From an uncultured Pelagibacteraceae bacterium (GTDB taxonomy: Bacteria; Pseudomonadota; Alphaproteobacteria; Pelagibacterales; Pelagibacteraceae), in the NCBI GenBank assembly GCA_902566365.1, contig CACFIH010000001.1:40537-104536 (forward strand): a DNA stretch of 64,000 nt. The letters are read 5' to 3'. Under the pieces are notes generated by a model. That model had not been told where the DNA came from. It worked only from the letters and a program-made list of their open reading frames with translations, and searched no databases. Numbering within the stretch: the stretch's first letter is position 1; the number at the start of each line of letters is the position of its first letter. Positions 56,793 to 64,000 of the stretch are shown here, piece by piece. The position numbers and the translations under genes were made by a program.

Positions 56793-58399
56793 TGATTTAT
56801 ATTGGTGATTTCTTTTTCAACATTTCAAAAAAACTAAGAACTTTATTTTTAAATTCAAATTTTTATGATAAGAAAATTTCAAAAATAAATAATAATAGTT
56901 TTAGTTATAAACCGAGTCCTCACTTATTAAGTTCACTTATAAAATATCAAAAAAATAGATTTAAAATTGAAGATTATTCTTTAGATGAAATTTGGAATAA
57001 CAACAATATAAGTGAAAAAGATTTTAAAAACTTAAATAGTTTTTATTGGTTTTTTAATATCGATTTAAAATCATCTAAAAAAAAAATTCAATTCATCATA
57101 AAAAATTGGATAGATAAAAATTATAAATATAATTCTAAAAGTTGGGAATTTGATTTGACAGCTAAACGAGTAATTGCATGGTTATCATGCCATAATTTTT
57201 CATTTGATGATAGTAGTTCAGATTATAAAAATACTTTTAATTTGATGGTAAAAAAACAAACTAATCATTTAATTAATGAAATTAATAAATCTAAGTCTTT
57301 AGAAAATAAATTGATTGGTTGTGCTTCGATTATTTTAATGGGCTTGTGTTATAAAGATCAAAAAAATTATGTATCTTATGGTTTAGATGTTTTAAAAAGA
57401 ATTTCTAAATTAACATTAGATAATAATGGATTTCCAAAATCTAGAAATATAAGACAATTAGTTTTTTATCTAAAATATTTTATAATAATTAGAGAATGGT
57501 TTAAAGAATCTCAAATTTCAATTCCAGAATATATTGATGAAAATATTTACTATCTAGGTCAAAGTTATAATTTTATTTGGCAAAAAACTAACTATGATCT
57601 TTTATTTAATGGAAATAATATTTCGAACAATCAGGATTTTGATAATTATCTTAAAAGATTTGGTTATAAATTTAAAAATGAAAACTTCGATTTAGGTGGT
57701 TATTTTGTATTAAAAAATAAAAAAGTTTGCTTAATTATGGATGCTGGAAATCCTCCAGTTTCAAAATTTACAAAAGATTATCAAGCTGGAACGTTATCTT
57801 TTGAAATTATTTCAAATAAGAAAAAATTAATAAGTAACTGTGGTTATTACAACAATAACAATATTGAACTTAATAAATTATCAAAGTCGACTGCGGTTCA
57901 CAACACACTTATTATTGATGATCACTCATCATGTAAATTTAGAAAAATTAAAAATTCATATTTTTTGTATAAAGCTTTTAAGATACTTAAAAGAAAAGCA
58001 ATTTTTGAAAAAAATTATTGGAAAGTGGAGGGTTCACACGACGGTTATTTAAAAAAGTTTAGTTCAATTCATGAAAGAGAAATAGAATTTTTTCCAGAGC
58101 AGATGATATTTATTGGTTTAGATAAGATAATCAAAAAAAATAATTACAATTTTAAATTTGATATTAGATTTCATGTTGAACCAAATATTAAGTTAATGAA
58201 AACTCAAGATAATAAATCAATATTAATTGAATTAGAAGATGAAGGATGGAAATTTACTTGTGAAAATTTTAATATTAACATAGATAATGGTTTATATTTT
58301 GGTAACAAAAATTCTTATATAGAAAACCAAAATATTTATATTTCTGGTATTTCAAATAATATGGTTGAAAATATCAAATGGAAATTAGAGAAGATATGA
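56792..58399 (+). CDS. Heparinase II/III family protein
   Basis: AGTLSFE, ISNCG, STAVHNT, SHDGY, HERE, IRFH; typical position before purH in alphaproteobacteria. Confidence 0.8.
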   Translation: MIYIGDFFFNISKKLRTLFLNSNFYDKKISKINNNSFSYKPSPHLLSSLIKYQKNRFKIEDYSLDEIWNNNNISEKDFKNLNSFYWFFNIDLKSSKKKIQFIIKNWIDKNYKYNSKSWEFDLTAKRVIAWLSCHNFSFDDSSSDYKNTFNLMVKKQTNHLINEINKSKSLENKLIGCASIILMGLCYKDQKNYVSYGLDVLKRISKLTLDNNGFPKSRNIRQLVFYLKYFIIIREWFKESQISIPEYIDENIYYLGQSYNFIWQKTNYDLLFNGNNISNNQDFDNYLKRFGYKFKNENFDLGGYFVLKNKKVCLIMDAGNPPVSKFTKDYQAGTLSFEIISNKKKLISNCGYYNNNNIELNKLSKSTAVHNTLIIDDHSSCKFRKIKNSYFLYKAFKILKRKAIFEKNYWKVEGSHDGYLKKFSSIHEREIEFFPEQMIFIGLDKIIKKNNYNFKFDIRFHVEPNIKLMKTQDNKSILIELEDEGWKFTCENFNINIDNGLYFGNKNSYIENQNIYISGISNNMVENIKWKLEKI

Positions 58400-59934
58400 T
58401 AAAAAAAATAAAAACAGCACTCATTTCTGTATCAGATAAAACAAACTTAAAACCTTTATTACAAACTTTAAAAAAAAATAATATTAAAATAATTAGTTCT
58501 GGTGGTTCATTTAAGGAAATTAGACGTTTAAAATTCAAATGCATAGAGGTTTCCAAATTTACTGGATCAAACGAAATTCTTAATGGAAGAGTTAAAACCC
58601 TTCATCCTAAAATCCATGCAGGAATTTTAAATAAAAGAAGAAATAGACTTCACCAAAAAGAGTTAAAATTAAATAATTATGAAAATATAGATTTAGTGAT
58701 AGTAAATTTTTACCCTTTTGAAAAAGTTCTTAAACAAACAAAAAACCACAAGAAAATTATTGAGAATATTGATGTTGGAGGACCTACCATGGTGAGATCT
58801 GCTGCCAAAAACTATAATGATGTGGCTGTCATTGTATCTAACAAACAATATTCCGATTTAATCAATGAACTAAAAAAATATAAGGGTTCGACCTCTTTAA
58901 AGTTTAGGGAAAAAATGTCAAAATTAGCATTTACAGAAACCTCGTATTATGACGCGATAATAACAAATTATTTGAATAAAATTGATAATTCAAGTTTTCC
59001 TGAGAAAAAAGTTTTTTATGGAAATTTAATTGAGAGATTAAGATATGGAGAAAACCCTCACCAAACAAGTGCAATTTATTCAAAAGATAGTAATCTTAAA
59101 ATAAAAAAAATTCATGGTAAACAGCTTAGCTACAATAATTACAATGATATTTTAACAGCTCTAATTATTTCAAAATCACTACCTAAAAATACTGGAACAG
59201 TTATTGTAAAACATGCAAATCCTTGTGGAGTATCCATTTTAAAAGATAATTTTGAAAGCTTTAAATCTGCTATTGCTTGTGATCCTGTGAGTGCTTTTGG
59301 TGGTATTGTTTCATGCAATTTTATAATAACTAAAAAATTAGCATCGGAATTAAATAAAATCTTTCTTGAAGTTATTATTGCTGAAGGTTTTGATAAAAAT
59401 GCTCTTAGAATATTAAAAAATAAAAAAAATTTAAGAATAATCGATGCTTCTAACTTTTATATTAATGAAGACTTTAAATTAAGTTCAATTAATAATTCAG
59501 TTTTAATTCAATCAGAAGATAAAAAAATATTTAGTAAAAAGGACTTTAAAATTGTTTCAAAAATAAAACCTAATAAAGATCAATTTGATGATTTGATTTT
59601 TGCTTTTAATGTGTGTCGATATGTAAAATCAAATGCAATCGTTTTAGCTGCAAACAAATCAACTGTAGGAATTGGCTCAGGCCAACCCAGTAGGCTTGAC
59701 AGTTGTGAAATTGCAATTAACAAAATGAAAAAATTTAATAATTTAAGAAATGATATTGTTGCAGCGTCTGATGCTTTCTTTCCTTTTGTAGATGGTATTG
59801 AAAGACTTATTCAGTCTGGTGTTACCGCAGTTGTACAACCCGCAGGATCAATAAGAGATAAAGAAATTATTAAATTCGCAAATGATACAAATACAGTACT
59901 AATGTTTTCCAAAACAAGACATTTTAGACACTAA
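58396..59934 (+). CDS. purH: Bifunctional AICAR transformylase/IMP cyclohydrolase (start at the ATG at 58396)
   Basis: ALISVSDK, GRVKTLHP, LRYGENPHQ, KHANPCG, ASDAFFPF, RHFRH. Confidence 0.97.
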   Translation: MIKKIKTALISVSDKTNLKPLLQTLKKNNIKIISSGGSFKEIRRLKFKCIEVSKFTGSNEILNGRVKTLHPKIHAGILNKRRNRLHQKELKLNNYENIDLVIVNFYPFEKVLKQTKNHKKIIENIDVGGPTMVRSAAKNYNDVAVIVSNKQYSDLINELKKYKGSTSLKFREKMSKLAFTETSYYDAIITNYLNKIDNSSFPEKKVFYGNLIERLRYGENPHQTSAIYSKDSNLKIKKIHGKQLSYNNYNDILTALIISKSLPKNTGTVIVKHANPCGVSILKDNFESFKSAIACDPVSAFGGIVSCNFIITKKLASELNKIFLEVIIAEGFDKNALRILKNKKNLRIIDASNFYINEDFKLSSINNSVLIQSEDKKIFSKKDFKIVSKIKPNKDQFDDLIFAFNVCRYVKSNAIVLAANKSTVGIGSGQPSRLDSCEIAINKMKKFNNLRNDIVAASDAFFPFVDGIERLIQSGVTAVVQPAGSIRDKEIIKFANDTNTVLMFSKTRHFRH

Positions 59935-60268
59935 CTTCTTTATCAATTTTTGCTGCAAGAATAAAATCATTTTCAGACAAACCCTCTATTGCATGAGTAG
60001 TAATATTTACTTTTGCATATCCCCAACCAAAAGTAATATCTGGATGATGACCTTCATCCTCAGAAATTTTACCTACTAAATTAACAAATTTTTGACTCTC
60101 TAAAAAGTTTTTAAAATTAAACTTTTTTTCTAGTAAATAAATATTCTTATCATTTTTAATAACATCCCAACCATCAACTTTTTTTTGATACTTATGTATT
60201 TCTGAAATATCAAATGGTAGAATACCACCTTCACATGGAACACATTTTTTATTTAATAAATCTGACAT
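59924..60268 (-). CDS. Pterin-4-alpha-carbinolamine dehydratase
   Basis: CVPC, GHHPDI, THAIEGLSENDFILAAKID. Confidence 0.92.
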   Translation of the reverse strand: MSDLLNKKCVPCEGGILPFDISEIHKYQKKVDGWDVIKNDKNIYLLEKKFNFKNFLESQKFVNLVGKISEDEGHHPDITFGWGYAKVNITTHAIEGLSENDFILAAKIDKEVSV

Positions 60269-60277
60269 AATTTAACT

Positions 60278-60352
60278 TGGAGCGGGCAAAGGGGGTCGAA
60301 CCCTCGACCTTCTCGTTGGCAACGAGACGCTCTACCACTGAGCTATGCCCGC
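60278..60352 (-). tRNA. tRNA-Gly (GCC)
   Basis: GCGGGCATAGCTCAGTGGTAGAGCGTCTCGTTGCCAACGAGAAGGTCGAGGGTTCGACCCCCTTTGCCCGCTCCA: cloverleaf, GCC anticodon, encoded CCA. Confidence 0.97.
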
Positions 60353-60363
60353 ATATTTTAAGA

Positions 60364-60391
60364 ATTATATGTTCAACTTTCTTAAAAGCAA
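60364..60391 (-). promoter_or_regulatory. Putative sigma70 promoter for tRNA-Gly
   Basis: Minus strand TTGCTT-N16-TATAAT, 11 nt upstream of the tRNA. Confidence 0.6.
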
Positions 60392-60392
60392 G

Positions 60393-61244
60393 TTAAATAT
60401 ATAAAAGTTCTTTTAGATTATCCTTAAAAGTCTCAGATAGTTTCTTTTGAATTTTTTCATCTAAAATTTTTTTCCAATCATTTTCAGGTCCTAAATAAAA
60501 AAAAGGAATTTTTTTATTTTTTTTTTTAGATAAAATAGATTCAGAGAATCCTTTAATTGATTCTTCTTTTTTAAGCTTTTCAAATGAAGTTGAATTAATT
60601 GCATTTTCAAGTTTGCTCTTATCAATACCTTCTTTATCTTTTTGTAAAATTTTATTGATAAACTTTATGATGTCCAAAGATGTTAAGTAAGTTTCATCTA
60701 ATAAACTTTCATACTTAATAAATTTTATAGGTATTTCTCTTTGATATTTCCACGATTGGAAATTAGTTTTCCACGAACCTATAAATTGAAAATCACTATA
60801 ATCCTCACTTTTGTGCTGATCATAAATATATCTTTTTTCGTTAGTTATAAAATCAAAAGCCTCATCATATGATAACTCATAATGGTTTTTTAAAGATGTA
60901 ATTACATTTCTAGGGTCTCTTACAATATAAATACAGGCAATAGAGTTTTTTTTATCTGTGAAAGGTTTTTTATTTAATTCTCCAAAAACATTATGAGTCT
61001 TAAAAAATCTAATTTTATTATCCTCATTAATTCTTTCCTGAGCTTTTATCCAATAATTACTTGTGTCAGTAATAATCTTTGGATCATAATCAAAGTTTTT
61101 AAAATGAACCTTTTCAGGAAATTGATCTATATTTTTTATAATATCTTTCGAAAAAAAACCTTCTTTTGAAAAAAAATAAGAACTTATTAATGCTCTTAGC
61201 CAAGTGTTACCACTTTTAGGGTATGAAGCTATCCAAAAAATCAT
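60393..61244 (-). CDS. PAPS-dependent sulfotransferase domain protein
   Basis: ASYPKSGNTW (5'-PSB), KTH, YIVRDPRNVITS (3'-PB), KYE. Confidence 0.88.
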   Translation of the reverse strand: MIFWIASYPKSGNTWLRALISSYFFSKEGFFSKDIIKNIDQFPEKVHFKNFDYDPKIITDTSNYWIKAQERINEDNKIRFFKTHNVFGELNKKPFTDKKNSIACIYIVRDPRNVITSLKNHYELSYDEAFDFITNEKRYIYDQHKSEDYSDFQFIGSWKTNFQSWKYQREIPIKFIKYESLLDETYLTSLDIIKFINKILQKDKEGIDKSKLENAINSTSFEKLKKEESIKGFSESILSKKKNKKIPFFYLGPENDWKKILDEKIQKKLSETFKDNLKELLYI

Positions 61245-61293
61245 TTGAAATTTATTATAGATGATTAATCAGATTTTTGTTACAATTTAAGAT

Positions 61294-61932
61294 ATGAATA
61301 ATTTCCCAAACATAATACCAGTATTTCCTTTAAGTAACTTTATTATTTTCCCGAAAACTACAGTTCCTTTAAATATTTTCGAACCAAGATATATTGATAT
61401 GATTAACGATAGTATGAAATCGAATAAATTCATTGGGATGATCCAACCCAAAACAAAAATAGATAATAATCAAATTCCAGAGTTGTATAAAATAGGTTGT
61501 TTAGGAAAAATAACTACATTTAAAGAAACCGAGGATGGAAGATATTTAATAGAACTTAAGGGTTTAATTAGATTTAAAATTACTGAAGAAATTAAATCAA
61601 ATAAAAAATACAGAGAATGTAAAATAGATTTTAGTGACTTTTTAAATGATTTAGAAAATAAGAAAGAGAGCATAAATTTTACTGACCTTGAAATGATTTT
61701 TAAAAACCTAAAAGGATTATTTGAAAAAAGAGGATTTATAATTAATTGGAAAGCTCTAGAAAAACAAAGTCTTGATGAAACAATAAATGCATTGGCTATG
61801 GCCTCACCTTTTACACTAGAGGAAAAACAAATATTACTTGAAGCAGAAAATTTAGATGTTAGAAAATCTAAAATTTCTGAAATATTAAATACGTATACTT
61901 TTGATCAATATAATAATACTACAGTCCAATAA
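61294..61932 (+). CDS. Stand-alone LON peptidase substrate-binding domain protein
   Basis: IPVFPL, PLNIFEPRY, IGCLGKI, DGRY, EKQILLE. Confidence 0.9.
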   Translation: MNNFPNIIPVFPLSNFIIFPKTTVPLNIFEPRYIDMINDSMKSNKFIGMIQPKTKIDNNQIPELYKIGCLGKITTFKETEDGRYLIELKGLIRFKITEEIKSNKKYRECKIDFSDFLNDLENKKESINFTDLEMIFKNLKGLFEKRGFIINWKALEKQSLDETINALAMASPFTLEEKQILLEAENLDVRKSKISEILNTYTFDQYNNTTVQ

Positions 61933-61933
61933 C

Positions 61934-62992
61934 TCAAAACGTTAATCCATTATCAGCGACTTTAGTAAAAATTTTATTAACTGACTTTTGTTCACATAAA
62001 AGTTTTACAACTTTACTTAATGCATTAGTTTTAATTCTATTTTCAAAATTAAAAAAAGCATAAGTGAAGTCAATTGAATTTGAAAATAAGAAATTTTTAT
62101 GTTTTGTTTTTTTTTCAAAGTCAATACATACTGAGGTGTCTAAAGCAAGACCACAATTGATTTTAAATTTAAATATAGAGATTAATTCCTTAATATCCCT
62201 CACTGACATATTAAAACCCTGTCCAGCTAAAGGGTGCAGTCTATGTAACAAATCCCCAAAAGCTAAGATGTTTTTATGATAATAATTTCTTAAATTTGAA
62301 GATTTCAACTCAAAAGTTTTAAATTCATTAAATTTTTTAATTGAATATGTTTTGTTATAAAAATTTACTAATTCTTGAATATCAGGATTTTTTTTACCTT
62401 TATAAGAATATACTATTGAAGTTTTATCATTTGAAATAGGTAAAAAAGCAAGTGGCCCATTTTTAGTAAAAATTTGTATTGCTGTATCATTAGATACTAA
62501 TTTTTTATGTTCAATGATAGATATATGTGCTGAACTAAAATAATCTTTTTTAATATTTCTAAAGAAAAACTTTTTAGTAACTTTACTTTTTGGATCACAA
62601 TTAATGATAAGATTATATTGTGAATGAATAAATTTTTTTTTAAATTTAAAAAGTTTTGATTTTGCTAAATCAGCATATAATAACTTATATAATTCGTCAT
62701 TTTTTAAAATTGAAAAAAGATGTTTAGATCCATTATTAAACTTAATTAATTCTTCAGTATTAAAACTTTCGTTGTAAATTTTTATTTTTTTTATTTTCCA
62801 TAATAATTTGTTAATATTAAGAATATTATTGTTAAAAAATTCAATATTACTAGATGCTAAGCCAATTGTTCGAAACTTATCAAAAGTATATTTTTTTTGA
62901 TCAGAAACAATATCTACATGAATATCTAAATTGATTATAGCTTTAGCTAACGATAAACTGGTTAAACTATTCCCTAATATACAAACATTCAT
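61934..62992 (-). CDS. UbiH/UbiF/COQ6-family FAD-dependent hydroxylase (start at the ATG at 62992)
   Basis: GPLAFLP, FGDLLHRLHPLAGQGFN; divergent from ftsK as in other alphaproteobacteria. Confidence 0.85.
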   Translation of the reverse strand: MNVCILGNSLTSLSLAKAIINLDIHVDIVSDQKKYTFDKFRTIGLASSNIEFFNNNILNINKLLWKIKKIKIYNESFNTEELIKFNNGSKHLFSILKNDELYKLLYADLAKSKLFKFKKKFIHSQYNLIINCDPKSKVTKKFFFRNIKKDYFSSAHISIIEHKKLVSNDTAIQIFTKNGPLAFLPISNDKTSIVYSYKGKKNPDIQELVNFYNKTYSIKKFNEFKTFELKSSNLRNYYHKNILAFGDLLHRLHPLAGQGFNMSVRDIKELISIFKFKINCGLALDTSVCIDFEKKTKHKNFLFSNSIDFTYAFFNFENRIKTNALSKVVKLLCEQKSVNKIFTKVADNGLTF

Positions 62993-63055
62993 AATATTTT
63001 TAATTTTAACAATAAAAATTAGATGATACAAAGTGGTAAATTCGATTCATTGAAA

Positions 63056-64000
63056 ATGAACATAAAAAAACTAGCAAATAACATACTATTTTTCACAATA
63101 AAAAGATTAATAGAAATGTTGGGTATTATTATATCTTTTGTAGGAATTTTATTATTAATTTCTTTAATAACATACTCTCCGGAGGATCCAAATTTTATAT
63201 TTCCTGATAATACTGAAATCAAAAATTTATTAGGAATACAAGGAAGTTATATTTCTGATCTCTTTTTTCAGTCTGTAGGATTAATTGCATATCTAATACC
63301 TATAACTTATATTTTTTCAGGAATAAATATTTTCAAAAGCAAAGAATTATTTTTAATTGTTGAAAACTCTTTTTTTATTGTTCTTTATTCATTAGTTGGA
63401 TCATTATTTTTTGGTTATTTTTATACAAATGCGTTTACTTTATCAATCAATGGCAATGGTGGTTTTATTGGTTCTTATTTAAGTGATTTTTTTTTAGATA
63501 AGATTAACAGTTCCTATAACAATATTTTCTTTTATTTTCTTTTACTGATTACTTTAATTCTTTTTTTAATTAGCATTAATTTTAATATTAAAAATTTTTA
63601 CAATTTATTGAAAAAGATTTATACTTTTCTTTTTAATAAAAAAGAAAAAAACTATACAAATAAAAACGAGGTAATAAATGAATATATACCTCAAGAAGAA
63701 ATTAAAAATCTTATACAAGAAGACTTACCATTTATTAAAGCTGAGGTTAATCAAAATTCTGATCAAATAAAGTTTAAGTTGCCGTCACTCGATCTATTAA
63801 ATGTTCCATCCAAAAATGAGAAAGATTTATCAATTAAAAATGAAAGTAATGATCCTGATTTTTTAGAAAAGATATTATTAGATTTTGGTGTAAGTGGAAA
63901 AGTCAAAAAAGTAAGTAATGGGCCAGTAGTGACATTGAACGAATTTGAGCCTGCTGCAGGGGTTAAGGTTTCAAAAATTATTAATCTATCTGATGACATT
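63056..64000 (+). CDS. ftsK: DNA translocase FtsK, runs off the window end
   Basis: Not in the ORF track. MNIKKLAN...YSPEDPNF...NLLGIQGSYISD (4TM domain) ... LPSLDLL...DFGVSGKVKKVSNGPVVTLNEFEPAAGVKVSKIINLSDDI (alpha domain). Confidence 0.93.
   Translation, partial: MNIKKLANNILFFTIKRLIEMLGIIISFVGILLLISLITYSPEDPNFIFPDNTEIKNLLGIQGSYISDLFFQSVGLIAYLIPITYIFSGINIFKSKELFLIVENSFFIVLYSLVGSLFFGYFYTNAFTLSINGNGGFIGSYLSDFFLDKINSSYNNIFFYFLLLITLILFLISINFNIKNFYNLLKKIYTFLFNKKEKNYTNKNEVINEYIPQEEIKNLIQEDLPFIKAEVNQNSDQIKFKLPSLDLLNVPSKNEKDLSIKNESNDPDFLEKILLDFGVSGKVKKVSNGPVVTLNEFEPAAGVKVSKIINLSDDI

Noticed and set aside
56792-58399. Very AT-rich heparinase II/III-like gene as a horizontally acquired polysaccharide lyase
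   Set aside because: It overlaps rpe and purH in an arrangement common in alphaproteobacteria and has no signal peptide; the composition fits a fast-evolving core gene.
60278-61244. tRNA-Gly as an integration site for an island
   Set aside because: I saw no integrase or duplicated tRNA 3' end, and the flanking genes are housekeeping.
63019-63999. Two short minus-strand ORFs at the window end
   Set aside because: They are antisense to ftsK, which the track missed because it has no stop codon inside the window.

Overview
AT-rich, tightly packed alphaproteobacterial chromosome segment. Gene content and order point to a SAR11/Pelagibacter-type marine bacterium (recognised from memory of the family, not from a database search). 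From left to right it holds: the DMSP demethylation genes (partial dmdA, an alpha/beta hydrolase, dmdB, dmdC) directly downstream of ffh-rpsP-trmD-rplS-leuCDB (no rimM; structured ffh leader; 30-bp tandem repeat in rpsP); dapF-ftsY; an uncharacterised 2-hydroxy-acid/amide catabolic cluster with a TRAP transporter; ccmCDEFGH; stress and housekeeping genes; a light/UV-repair island; folD, mscS, hemDC, tsaD, EVE, acs, a DUF4212/solute:sodium symporter pair, rpe, purH, tRNA-Gly(GCC), a sulfotransferase, a ubiH-like gene and partial ftsK. The most unusual element is the light/UV island. An apparently Fe-S-free (6-4)-type photolyase is translationally coupled to DUF2256, a secreted protein closely resembling vertebrate CRTAC1 and a secreted 10-Cys protein. 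These are followed by an unannotated ArfA-like microprotein and a 3-TM half-transporter-like gene, and the unit converges on an inverted-domain (NewPHL-like) photolyase. A candidate ~70-nt sRNA with an anti-SD-like loop lies between hspQ and ccmC. I saw no mobile elements or CRISPR arrays.
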